A stretch of 46,095 bases of DNA from Bdellovibrionota bacterium (lineage in GTDB: Bacteria > Bdellovibrionota_C > UBA2361 > OMII01): NCBI GenBank assembly GCA_044356215.1, contig JBIKWQ010000020.1, forward strand, positions 1-46,095. The letters run 5' to 3'. The position numbers and the translations under genes were made by a program. Below the pieces are notes generated by a model. That model did not search any database and was not told the DNA's origin. It was given only the letters and a program-made list of their open reading frames with translations. Below are positions 1 to 9,565 of this stretch, piece after piece. How positions within the stretch are numbered: position 1 is the stretch's first letter; every line of letters starts with the position of its first letter.

Positions 1-171
1 ATGGGAAAAAATCCTCAATGTATCACAGGGGATACACTTGCGGTTTTTTCCCATCTCGAAAATCGAATATCAACTCAACCTCCACTTTCTCGCTACGGGA
101 AGGTTTTGCCGGCCTTCCTTAGGGAAGAGCGGAGAGTTCTGAAGACCTCGTCTCCCTACCAAAATCTGCCA

Positions 172-2760
172 CTATAAATCCCCCCTTCTCCGCAGCACCA
201 CCCGCAGCACCAACTCAGCGAGAAACAAGACAAGCGCCCAGACTAAAAAGTTATGCGTGTGATAGCGCCTCTCTGTCTCCCCTTTAATGAATGGTTTTAG
301 TTGATCTCGGGTTGGATTAACCCGCCCGCCACTAACTCTAGCTATCTCTGACAACAACGAGAGATTTGGCTCTCTGTGCGGACGTTCGCCAAACTGAGAG
401 CCATCTAGATCCCACGCCACTTGAGGGAGCTCATCTCCGCTTTGATTCCCCTTCCCTCCCGCGGCTTCTACTCGCGCGGTCGCTCGGTATGTTCCAGCTC
501 GCGCGTTTGATAGCCTCGCTCGGTAGTGTCCAGGTTTATCCGGAATAAAATCGACCCTCTCATTAATTCCATCGGGTCTAGTTACCTCGGCCGCAACTCG
601 TCTCTGCCCTAAATCAGCGAAGACTGCCAGATCGATCACCGCGTCGCCCCCTTCAACCCAAGACCTCAAATCAAACTCAAGATTCGCCGGAGATTTATCG
701 TTATCTCTCCGTCTAGCTGACTCAACTAGGTCGGAGAAGAACTCCTGCCCCCGCTCCCAACGGATCCAATTTGATGACCACCTGCCGTTAGCATCAGAGG
801 TGAACGCTATTACCCGCCCCGCTCCTACATTCCAAGAAGCTAAAAGTGGATGGAGTCCCTCTTCGTCTCTTACCAGTAGCTCTGTCTGCGCGCTCTCGCG
901 CTCTTTTGTCTCTGTGAATCCACGCAAAGTCGGAAACGAATCGATCTTAACGCTCACGAGAGGATCTGGCCCCGGGCGAACCACCATATCTGGGCTCTCA
1001 CGCAAGGTGCGCTCCCCACTAGCGACCTTTACGTCAGATAGAAATACCTTAGGGAGATTCGCTGGATCGTTTGTCTGATAAAACGCGCCGCCACCCGCCT
1101 GCGCCATCTGTGCTAAGAATCCGTCATCAACCTCATTCCCGACCATTACAGTTGATACGGTAATACCAACAAAACGCATCTGCTTTATCAGATCAAAGTA
1201 GTACGGACCGGGATCAGGAAGCTTTCCATCAGTTAGAACTATTACGTGCTTCCTCCCCACCTGCGCCGAAGCCAATCCACGCCTAGCCTCATCGAGCGCC
1301 GGAAACAGATTCGTGCGACTCGTCGGAAAGAGTCTGCTGATCCGTGAAATAGCCGAGTCCCGCACCTGAGCTAGTTTAGATACCGGAAGCGCTATAAAAG
1401 GAACATCATCGAATCCGATGACACCGATTAGATCATCGTCTTTTAGATTTCTTACTACTTCAGCCGCCGCTGCTTTGGCGAACTCCAGACGATTATCTGT
1501 CGCCATACTCCTTGATTTATCAACTACTAGCTGAACACCTATAGTGAGTCTCTTTTTCTCAGGTTGTGGCGGAACTAATTTAACAGGCAATATCTCCTCA
1601 ATCGGTGAATCGATATATCCACCCAGACCAAATGATGTATTACCTCCGATAACAAGCACTCCTCCTCCTTGCTTGGCGTATGATCTTAAACCATCGAGCA
1701 CTGCTCCGGGGATCTTATTGGCGCTTATATTATTTAGAACAACTACCTTGTAATCGCTTAGTCTAATCGCTTGATCGGCGCCAATCGGGGCTACAATAGA
1801 TCTTAATTGATAGGCGCTACTCTTTAATATCTCAGATAAGAAGCGATCATCATCTCCTGAACCCGACAAAAGTAGCACCTTGTCGCGCTTCTCACTCGAG
1901 AGCCAGATAGTCTTAGTAATAGAGTGGCTTCCCTCGTTATCACTCCAGGTAAGCTTTGCCTGAACTGAGTTGAGCCCCTCTAAGTTCGGATCGCTCTGCG
2001 CGGTTATAGATAGATCGCGGTTCGCTGGAACATCTATAAGCCTCTCAAAGACGGAAGATTCCCCGTGATGAATCGTTAGTTTGGCGGATGTAGCTAGTCT
2101 CTCCTGGTTAGTTATAGTCGCCCGGATCTCAACGCTGCGCTTTATTGGCGCAAAGCGTGGGCTTGAAAGCTGCGAGATATTAAGACTTGTTTCACTATCT
2201 TCGCCGCGCGCGGTAAGGGGAAAGATAACGCGATTAGGCGCGCCCTTTGTAGCTTCAACCGCCGTACCGGCAGTCTCATAGCCATCGCTTAAAAGAAGTG
2301 CTAGTGGGGCAACACCCACACCTCTTCCTGAGATAGCCGATCCGATATTACTAACTCCAGTGTCTAGCCTCTGCCACGAGGCCCGCACATCACGGTACGA
2401 TTCAGAGCCACTCAATCTAAATGATATAGGCGCCGCTCTTCCACCAAAGGGCGCGATATTAAGTGGTAAAGAGAGCTCGGCAGCAAGATCCCTGGCATCT
2501 CTTAAAAGAGCGTCTCCCTGCTCCTCTGTAACGCTTGCTGAGATATCTACAAGTGCGGTTAAAGCTTCTAATGGACGCTCTTCCGATGTATAGGGCCGAC
2601 CTAAAGCCAGGGCGAGGAGGGCTATTATCCCTAGCCTAAAAAATAGCAAGAGAGCCGCTAACGCACCCCGGCCACTCCCGCGAGATCTAAAGAGCAAAAT
2701 AAGCGATAGCGCCACCGCCACCAATATCGCCAAGTAAACGTTGGGGTTCTCCAGATTCAC
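172..2760 (-). CDS. Membrane-anchored double vWA-domain protein with central GATase1-like domain (MoxR cluster)
   Basis: 862-aa ORF; N-terminal TM helices; MIDAS motifs DISAS...SDG and DKSRSM...TDG; GGGVLVIGG..SFGLGGY segment typical of GATase1-like inserts; C-terminal TM; start overlaps upstream stop (GTGA). Confidence 0.85.
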   Translation of the reverse strand: MNLENPNVYLAILVAVALSLILLFRSRGSGRGALAALLLFFRLGIIALLALALGRPYTSEERPLEALTALVDISASVTEEQGDALLRDARDLAAELSLPLNIAPFGGRAAPISFRLSGSESYRDVRASWQRLDTGVSNIGSAISGRGVGVAPLALLLSDGYETAGTAVEATKGAPNRVIFPLTARGEDSETSLNISQLSSPRFAPIKRSVEIRATITNQERLATSAKLTIHHGESSVFERLIDVPANRDLSITAQSDPNLEGLNSVQAKLTWSDNEGSHSITKTIWLSSEKRDKVLLLSGSGDDDRFLSEILKSSAYQLRSIVAPIGADQAIRLSDYKVVVLNNISANKIPGAVLDGLRSYAKQGGGVLVIGGNTSFGLGGYIDSPIEEILPVKLVPPQPEKKRLTIGVQLVVDKSRSMATDNRLEFAKAAAAEVVRNLKDDDLIGVIGFDDVPFIALPVSKLAQVRDSAISRISRLFPTSRTNLFPALDEARRGLASAQVGRKHVIVLTDGKLPDPGPYYFDLIKQMRFVGITVSTVMVGNEVDDGFLAQMAQAGGGAFYQTNDPANLPKVFLSDVKVASGERTLRESPDMVVRPGPDPLVSVKIDSFPTLRGFTETKERESAQTELLVRDEEGLHPLLASWNVGAGRVIAFTSDANGRWSSNWIRWERGQEFFSDLVESARRRDNDKSPANLEFDLRSWVEGGDAVIDLAVFADLGQRRVAAEVTRPDGINERVDFIPDKPGHYRARLSNARAGTYRATARVEAAGGKGNQSGDELPQVAWDLDGSQFGERPHREPNLSLLSEIARVSGGRVNPTRDQLKPFIKGETERRYHTHNFLVWALVLFLAELVLRVVLRRRGDL

Positions 2761-4697
2761 GCGCCCCTCCGTGAAACGAAACCCGCCAAAGCTCGCCGCG
2801 CTAAATCAATTAGAAGAACAGCTAACGCAAGAGAAGCTAGGAGATTATAGAAACGCTCAGCGCTCGATTTATTATCAACTACACTTGAACTCTGACGCTC
2901 TGATGAGGCGCCTCCTAGGATATCATCGCCGATGCGTATACTAGCGGCTCTATCAATTTGGGACTCCTGGTCCGAGATTGCGTTAAAAGCAAATATCTTC
3001 TCTAGAGCTTTATCATCAGAGAAGACAACAACCACTCCTGGCTGGGAAACTTCTAGCTTATCTACTCCAACTTTTCCAAGCTCTGTCTCATTTGGAGCTA
3101 CTATCTTAGCCTGGAAGCTCTTCTGGTCTGATAACCCGACAGGATTAAATACACCTAGGCTAGTCCATCCAGATTGATTGGCGACCTCACCTGTAGAGTT
3201 TAAGATCCACTGTAGCGCGTTTAAAGTGATGATACTTAAAGTGGGATTCTTTAAGCCATCAAAGGGAAAGAGCTCAAAGCCAAGGATCACAAAGCTCTTA
3301 CCGGCGTCAGTTCCCGCGCACGCTATCGGACCGCTAGCGGTAAAGATAAAAGGCTTTGAGCCTTGAGGACACTCAACTACTCGGGCTTTTTTAGGAGCGA
3401 GCAGCTCTGGACGCGCGTAGCGTAGAATCGGATGAGTCTCATCCCACCTAGTGATCTCGATACCTCCACTCGCGTTAGATATGAGATCCTGGCCCACATC
3501 ACCTCCTAAGATCTTCGCCCCAGCGTCCGGATAGATAATTAAACTTGGGCGAACTATAACCTCTGGACTTGCACCCCTATGATAAATTACCCCACTTATT
3601 GAATCATCGGCCTGGCTCGCATCGCTTAATGATGAGACCGCGGCATAAGGAAGCGAGTCGATTCCAAGCGAAGCCGCTGAGAATTCACTAAACAAGCCGA
3701 CACGTTTTGTCGGGGAACCACTTGAAGCGATCCAGGCTTCGTCATCTATACTTAATGAATCTCCCGCATCTGAATCGATCAGGACACGACAATAGCTCCA
3801 GTCACTTGAGATAGGCCCCAATGTCACAGCAGAGCTCTTGTCGCTTCCGCTTATTTTCGCTGCTACTGGGCCTAGATCGAAATTACTTCTTAAATCAGGT
3901 GAAAAACAGTCGGCTACGACCGACGCGTTAGTCACGCTTTCAGGTTGGCCGCCGACTCTTACCTCGATCTGAGAGTTATTTTCTTTATCATCTGACTCTC
4001 CAGATCTTTTTAAAGATACCCCTGAGATCCAGAGATTTCTTAAGCTATCTTGCTCAATAGGCAGAGATGTAACTCTTAGCCTATTACCACTTCGCTCCCC
4101 TTCGACGGTCCTATCGGTATAGAGCCAGATCTGATCGTAATCAGAGCTGGCGGCGAGCCCCATGACTAGCGGAGGCAAGAGATCTTCGTCGAACCCAGGC
4201 TTAACTTTATCTAATATCGCTTCACTATTCGATGAAGTAGTAGCTTTGTCTTTATCACTTACTTCCACGAGTGTCTTAGCGGCGCTAAAGATACTAAACT
4301 TAGTACCCGCTTCCGCGCCTGTTATATCTACTGCGGCGATCCTTCTGGCGGCTTCTAGCCTGGTCTCGCCAGGTGTGAACACAGCCGACATACTCTTAGA
4401 GTTGTCGATAACAACAGCGATTCGCTTACCTGCCGAGGATTGATAGATACCACTGGCTGCTAAGACTAAAGCTAGAGCCACCAGAAGCTCTAACCAGAAC
4501 TGCAAAGGTGGCACGAATCGTCGTCTGCTTGGTGTAAAGTTAGGTAACTTTTTTAAGATAAAGAGGCTCGATGTTACCTTTGGCTGAGATATTCCTTTGG
4601 CTCTAAAGAGATAAACTAAACAGCCAATAGCTAACGGCAGCGCCACCAAGAACCCCGGCCACAGAGCGCCGAAACTTAAACCAAAGAGGGAGCTCAT
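2757..4697 (-). CDS. BatA-type N-terminal double-TM + vWA domain protein
   Basis: 646-aa ORF; hydrophobic N-terminal pair; IAVVIDNSKSM MIDAS; C-terminal TM; overlaps DUF58 and vWA genes. Confidence 0.8.
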   Translation of the reverse strand: MSSLFGLSFGALWPGFLVALPLAIGCLVYLFRAKGISQPKVTSSLFILKKLPNFTPSRRRFVPPLQFWLELLVALALVLAASGIYQSSAGKRIAVVIDNSKSMSAVFTPGETRLEAARRIAAVDITGAEAGTKFSIFSAAKTLVEVSDKDKATTSSNSEAILDKVKPGFDEDLLPPLVMGLAASSDYDQIWLYTDRTVEGERSGNRLRVTSLPIEQDSLRNLWISGVSLKRSGESDDKENNSQIEVRVGGQPESVTNASVVADCFSPDLRSNFDLGPVAAKISGSDKSSAVTLGPISSDWSYCRVLIDSDAGDSLSIDDEAWIASSGSPTKRVGLFSEFSAASLGIDSLPYAAVSSLSDASQADDSISGVIYHRGASPEVIVRPSLIIYPDAGAKILGGDVGQDLISNASGGIEITRWDETHPILRYARPELLAPKKARVVECPQGSKPFIFTASGPIACAGTDAGKSFVILGFELFPFDGLKNPTLSIITLNALQWILNSTGEVANQSGWTSLGVFNPVGLSDQKSFQAKIVAPNETELGKVGVDKLEVSQPGVVVVFSDDKALEKIFAFNAISDQESQIDRAASIRIGDDILGGASSERQSSSVVDNKSSAERFYNLLASLALAVLLIDLARRALAGFVSRRGA

Positions 4698-5590
4698 ACA
4701 AATAGCCCCATATCGCCAACTGTTTCTATCGCGCGGTCCTCAACCGTTTCCCCTTGCTCAAGAATAGCTTGAGTATATGACACACGAGCACCAAGACAGT
4801 GTTCACGCACCTGCGCGTTGTGCCGTGTGATTAAATCGCTGTAGCGTCTACTGGTTGCCTGACTAATCTCTATCCCTTGAGTCGCTCCGGTTTCGCTATC
4901 TATTAAGACCGCGCCGGATTTTTCTCCTTCAAGCTCTAGCTCCGCGTGGGTTAGTAGCTGAACCGCGTGGATCTCCATATTTCTAGCGCGAAATGGTGCC
5001 AAGACCTCACTAACTATCTCTAACGGATAGAGGAAGTCGGAGATAAACACACAGATCCCGGGAAACTTTACGCGAGCGGCCGCGGATCTGGACTCTCTAG
5101 GGAGATCTAGCTCCGCAGAGTCATCACCGACAACCGCCTCACTTGCTTGATCAAGGAATTGATTTAGTGGCGCAAAGGCCTTTCCTCCCCAGTAGCGAGG
5201 GCTTACTGGCCCACCTAATACTGAGATCATCACCGGATCCTGCGTGGCTAGAGCTACGTAGGATGCAGCGCTAGCTATCGAGGCCGCGAGATCCCATTTA
5301 ATTCTAAGAGCGGAATGAGTCAGGGATCTTGAACCATCAATTACGATATATACCGCGACATTCTCTTCCTCTAGGTATCTCTTGATATAGAGCTTATCGC
5401 TTCGGCTATAGAGGTTCCAATCGATCGATCGCGGATTATCCCCGATCTCGTACTGGCGGTACTCAGCGAATTCAACTCCGTGCCCCCGTCTCTGAGATCT
5501 GTGAGCCCCCTGCCGCATTCCATAGAATGAACGCTTCGCCCTTAAGGCGAATGAGTCGAGGAGTCGTAACGCTTGCGGAGATAATCGCAT
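4694..5590 (-). CDS. DUF58 family protein
   Basis: G.GVEFAEYRQYEIGDNPRSIDWN motif, IDGSRSL, FISDF; directly downstream of moxR. Confidence 0.92.
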   Translation of the reverse strand: MRLSPQALRLLDSFALRAKRSFYGMRQGAHRSQRRGHGVEFAEYRQYEIGDNPRSIDWNLYSRSDKLYIKRYLEEENVAVYIVIDGSRSLTHSALRIKWDLAASIASAASYVALATQDPVMISVLGGPVSPRYWGGKAFAPLNQFLDQASEAVVGDDSAELDLPRESRSAAARVKFPGICVFISDFLYPLEIVSEVLAPFRARNMEIHAVQLLTHAELELEGEKSGAVLIDSETGATQGIEISQATSRRYSDLITRHNAQVREHCLGARVSYTQAILEQGETVEDRAIETVGDMGLFV

Positions 5591-5607
5591 CAGAGAACCT
5601 TCGCTAG

Positions 5608-6627
5608 CTACTTAGCGTTTCTAACCTCCTCAAGGAGATCATCCGCGCTTACGCCATCAGCCTCCGCTTGAAACTGCAGAATTAAACGGTGTCGTAGCGT
5701 TGGCTTTAATGCCCCTCGGATATCATCGAATGAGATATTGATCCTACCGTCTAAAAGCGCGTTTACCTTAGCGGCTAACACGATTGATTGCGCTCCTCGG
5801 GGACCCGGGCCAAACCTCACATAACGCTTAACATCCTCAGTGGCGAATTCAGAGCTAGGAGTTAGCGCCGCTATTATTCGCACTAAGACATCCTGTAGAG
5901 GATCTGAAACAACAACGTGCCTGACGATAGCCTGCATCCGCGCTATCTCGGCGATCGCTATCTCTGGGGTAAAAACCGGTTGGATATCGTAACTACTCGT
6001 TCCAGTAGTTCTTGATAGGATCTCTTTTAACTCAGCGGATGATGGAGCGGGAACAAGGATCTTAACTAAGAATCGATCTAACTGCGCCTCAGGTAATGGG
6101 TACGTACCTTCTAGCTCGATCGGATTCTGCGTCGCTAGAACAAAAAACGGTTGTGGTAATTTATAAGTCTGATCAAGAACCGTAACCTGACGCTCCTCCA
6201 TCGCCTCTAGTAGTGACGCCTGCGTCTTAGGTGTTGCCCGGTTTATCTCGTCGGCTAAAACTATATTCGCGAAGACCGGTCCCTGTTTAAAAACAAAGCG
6301 TCTAGCACCTCCAGGCTCCTCGGTTAAAACCTGAGTGCCTGTGACATCTGATGGCATCAGATCAGGGGTGAATTGAACCCGCTTAAAGGTTAATCCTAAA
6401 GCGCTCGCCAGAGACTTAACCAGGAGCGTTTTCCCAAGCCCTGGCGCGCCCTCAAGCAATACATGCCCACGGGCGAACACCGCGGCCAAGGTCGCCTTTA
6501 AGACATCCTCCATGCCAACGATGCTCTTACGCACCTCACTCTCTAGAGCCTGAAATGTAGCTTGAAAATCACTAATGCCCTGTTCAAGAGCTGCTGCGTC
6601 ACGGATCGGTTTTGAGTTGCTGACCAT
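5608..6627 (-). CDS. moxR: MoxR family AAA+ ATPase
   Basis: Walker A GAPGLGKT, RVQFTPDLMPSD, Walker B LADEINR, ATQNPIE.EGTYPLPEAQLDRF; ATG at 6627 preferred over the ORF-track start 6648. Confidence 0.95.
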   Translation of the reverse strand: MVSNSKPIRDAAALEQGISDFQATFQALESEVRKSIVGMEDVLKATLAAVFARGHVLLEGAPGLGKTLLVKSLASALGLTFKRVQFTPDLMPSDVTGTQVLTEEPGGARRFVFKQGPVFANIVLADEINRATPKTQASLLEAMEERQVTVLDQTYKLPQPFFVLATQNPIELEGTYPLPEAQLDRFLVKILVPAPSSAELKEILSRTTGTSSYDIQPVFTPEIAIAEIARMQAIVRHVVVSDPLQDVLVRIIAALTPSSEFATEDVKRYVRFGPGPRGAQSIVLAAKVNALLDGRINISFDDIRGALKPTLRHRLILQFQAEADGVSADDLLEEVRNAK

Positions 6628-6654
6628 AGATTTATAAGTGTAACACAAATAACA

Positions 6655-7404
6655 TCACTCCGCGACCGACTCCCAAAGCATCTCAAAGAGCGCCTTATTC
6701 ATCTGAACCACGCTCTTATTCTCAATTACTAAAGCCATAATCGGCTCAACTGTCTGAACCATAATTACTTTATGAGGTACTATCACCATATTACTAGCTA
6801 GCTCGTACTTTCTAGGGAGGATTTTAATCTGCTCATTATAGCGACTCTGTATCGGCTTATTGCTACGAGCGCTCGGCGAATCTTGCAGAATCAAACGTAT
6901 TGAGAGGTCCATCTTAGCGCGCTCTTGCTTAAAGCGCTCGAAATACTTCGGATCCCGCGAGATCCACTTCTGCTGATCAGAGATTACTAAATAGAAGTCT
7001 TTTGGTTTTAACTCCTTTAAGAGCTGATCGTAAACGCGCTTGATTCCACTTAATCCCTTGTAGTGCCTGATAAACCCCTCGTCACTCTCTAACTTAAAAT
7101 AAAGCGCTGAGAGTTCTGGCAAAACTCCTCGGAGAAGTCGCTTTCTGTTCTCAAGTACACTCTCAAGTTTCTCGGGATTCTCAGGAGCGAAGAGGCGCTT
7201 AAAACCCTTGGTTTGAGTGTGAACCAGTCCGCGCTCCCGTAAGCTCTCTAAAGCGGCGTAAACCGTTGTGCGTTTTATACCTGAGGCTTTTGATAGATAG
7301 AGCGCTGTCGTTGGGCCGCTCTTTAAGGCGGCTAAGTAGATCGTCGCCTCATTATCACTTAAGCCTATCTCAGAGAGGATCTTTTTGGTTTTTTCGTCTG
7401 ACAT
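6655..7404 (-). CDS. TrmB-family transcriptional regulator (wHTH + C-terminal effector-binding domain)
   Basis: IGLSDNEATIYLAAL...SGIKRTTVY..LESL..RGLV wHTH; HYKGLSGIK linker; FEMLW C-terminus. Confidence 0.88.
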   Translation of the reverse strand: MSDEKTKKILSEIGLSDNEATIYLAALKSGPTTALYLSKASGIKRTTVYAALESLRERGLVHTQTKGFKRLFAPENPEKLESVLENRKRLLRGVLPELSALYFKLESDEGFIRHYKGLSGIKRVYDQLLKELKPKDFYLVISDQQKWISRDPKYFERFKQERAKMDLSIRLILQDSPSARSNKPIQSRYNEQIKILPRKYELASNMVIVPHKVIMVQTVEPIMALVIENKSVVQMNKALFEMLWESVAE

Positions 7405-7596
7405 GTGAATTGGCGGTCGCGCTTAATTTTGTGTGTCCGATAAGGTACCTTAGATTGTAGCGATGAAAGACATAGAAGGCCAAGAACTAACGATCTTAAG
7501 GCGCTAAAAATCGTTAGCGCCAATTAGATCTGTCGCGGCAAGCGCCGACAGTTTTAGCATGTACTATCAATGCTTTAACCTGTTTTTTTACGGTAT

Positions 7597-7629
7597 TGTC
7601 GACAAAATAGACAAGGATCCGTGTTGTCT
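7597..7629. promoter_or_regulatory. Candidate operator palindromes between TrmB-1 and its divergent operon
   Basis: Perfect palindrome TTGTCGACAA (7597-7606) followed by AGACAA-N9-TTGTCT. Confidence 0.4.
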
Positions 7630-7680
7630 GTAGCTTCAAGTTAACATCGACTGATTAGGCCGCGTTTGTATAGGGAGTTT

Positions 7681-8289
7681 ATGGATACCAATCAACTAAA
7701 ACAGAGATACGTAAATGGGGTCTATGAGACTAAATCGCTACTGATTCATCAGGAACCCTTTGAGCTAAAATCTGGTGGCAGAAGCCACATATACCTAAAC
7801 CACAATAACTTCTTAACGCGCGGTGAGTATCTAAAAGTTGTCGCCGAGCTTTATCTCGCGTCGATTCCGCAAACGCCAAACAGATACAAGCTGGGGGTAG
7901 TCGACTCGATTATGAGTCCTATAATAGTTGGCGCGATGAGCGCGCAAGCTGGATTGGACGTGGTTGTTATCAAAGCGCGCAAGCAAACTCACGGGGTAAA
8001 GGATGATGTCTTTGGCGACGCGAGCGGCGAGATAATTCTTATTGATGACATGACCTCAACCGGATCGACGATTAGCGACGCGGCCAAAAAAATTAGAGCG
8101 CATGGAGGTGTTGTTAAAGGTGCTATCGTCAGCGCTTCGAGAAACCAAAAAGCTAGGGAGAACTTGCTCAAAGAAGAGATTGAGTTAACGTCAATATTTA
8201 CCTTTGATCAGATAATCGAGCTCCTTAATCCACGTCTGGGTTCAAGGGAGCTGGATCTAATACAAGCTGACAGGAAACTAAGGAGCTAG
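7681..8289 (+). CDS. Orotate phosphoribosyltransferase-like type I PRTase
   Basis: FELKSGGRSHIYLN, RKQTHG flexible loop, PRPP-binding ILIDDMTSTGSTI; AGGGAG RBS before ATG 7681. Confidence 0.8.
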   Translation: MDTNQLKQRYVNGVYETKSLLIHQEPFELKSGGRSHIYLNHNNFLTRGEYLKVVAELYLASIPQTPNRYKLGVVDSIMSPIIVGAMSAQAGLDVVVIKARKQTHGVKDDVFGDASGEIILIDDMTSTGSTISDAAKKIRAHGGVVKGAIVSASRNQKARENLLKEEIELTSIFTFDQIIELLNPRLGSRELDLIQADRKLRS

Positions 8290-8293
8290 ATCT

Positions 8294-9175
8294 ATGCGAG
8301 TAGCGATCATCGGAACCGGAGATGTCGGCTGGGCCTTAGCCGCTAAATTGGCTCAAAGCACCAATATCCAAGAAGTATCGGTTGTCGGACGATCGCCAGC
8401 GCGCGTAAGCGCTCTGATTATGGATATATGCAGCGCTTATCCAGCTGCTTTCGACAAAGTTCGCGCGGCCACACCGGAGCGACTTATCGAGTCAGATATT
8501 GTTATCTTAACCTCTGGCGAACGAATGAAACCAGGGCAGAGCGCCAAGGATGTCTGGTCCTCAAACGCGCTAATTACCAAAGAGATCCTCTCGGCAAGCC
8601 GGCTAAAGAGCTCCGCTATATTGATTACCCTAGCCACTCCGGTCGATGACATAACTATTCTAGCGCAGTTTCTGACGGGACTGCCGACCAATCAGGTATT
8701 TGGCTTCGGCGGAGACCTCGATCGCAACCGACTTGAGTATACCCTAAGGGATCGAAAGATCGATCACTCACACATTGAGCTAGTCGGAGAACACGGGGGT
8801 AACGCTATCCCTGTGTACCGCGGTGAAGAGAGTTACGAAGAAGTGGCGCGCGACGTGAGAAGTTTCTTGAAGAAAGTTACCGCTCAAGCTGGAGAGACGA
8901 GAAACCTATCGACAGCTATCCTACTAGCGTCGCTAGTAGATTCGATTATTACTAATTCCGGGCGCACCCACTATCTGTGTGGCTACCATAAAGAGTACGG
9001 AATCTATCTTACATGGGGATTTAAAGTAGGCTCTCAAGGAATTAGCGAGCCAAATGAGATAAAGCTCTATGATAAAGCGAGAATAGATCTGGAGGCGCTG
9101 GTGGAGCGGCGCAGGAAGGTTAGTGAGGGGATAAGAGAGGATGTTGAGTTAACTGAGCTTCGGCGCCTGGTTTAA
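8294..9175 (+). CDS. Lactate/malate dehydrogenase-fold NAD(P)-dependent oxidoreductase (divergent)
   Basis: Rossmann VAIIGTGDVG, ATPVD, LDRNR, GEHG catalytic His motif; substrate loop non-canonical. Confidence 0.8.
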   Translation: MRVAIIGTGDVGWALAAKLAQSTNIQEVSVVGRSPARVSALIMDICSAYPAAFDKVRAATPERLIESDIVILTSGERMKPGQSAKDVWSSNALITKEILSASRLKSSAILITLATPVDDITILAQFLTGLPTNQVFGFGGDLDRNRLEYTLRDRKIDHSHIELVGEHGGNAIPVYRGEESYEEVARDVRSFLKKVTAQAGETRNLSTAILLASLVDSIITNSGRTHYLCGYHKEYGIYLTWGFKVGSQGISEPNEIKLYDKARIDLEALVERRRKVSEGIREDVELTELRRLV

Positions 9176-9201
9176 GGGGGTAGTGAAAGTGGGCCAGGTA
9201 T
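9128..9201 (+). repeat. 74-bp direct repeat, copy 1 (includes 3' end of LDH-like gene)
   Basis: GGGATAAGAGAGGATGTTGAG...GGGCCAGGTAT; 72/74 identical to 13213-13286 by manual alignment. Confidence 0.95.
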
Positions 9202-9273
9202 TTATGGGAAAAGGTGTGGAGTTCGGAAAACTACACGAGACGCTGGCTCCTACAAACCTCCGCCACTCGCGCT

Positions 9274-9432
9274 CACAGCACTGCACGGGTGTACTGTGAT
9301 GGCTATAAACACTCGCTCCTTATCGCGTTCTCGGGTAGACGTCGCGGTGAGTGCCGCTCATGCGACGCTAAGCGTGCTGTAAAATTTGCGGAACACATCC
9401 ACAGCTAAGTGATCTAAGAGGTCCCCCATCGG
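9274..9432 (+). pseudogene. IS91-family transposase zinc-binding domain remnant
   Basis: Reads HSTARVYCDGYKHSLLIAFSGRRRGECRSCDAKRAVKFAEHIHS*VI*EVPHR; matches IS91/ISCR ARV.C..C.H..L.AFSC..RG.C.SC pattern with two stops and lost Cys residues. Confidence 0.75.
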
Positions 9433-9565
9433 TCCCGCTCCCTCTGACTAGCACGTGCTACCAGGTGTATAGCAGGCGTCAGATACTTGCAAAAATGTGA
9501 TGGATTTTCCTAGCAATTGACCTGACGTAGTTTCATGCTTTGTAAGGGCTAAGCAGGCAAAGATA

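Noticed and set aside
7681..9175. Naming these genes pyrE and mdh/ldh
   Set aside because: Accessory context and altered active-site residues make orthology doubtful
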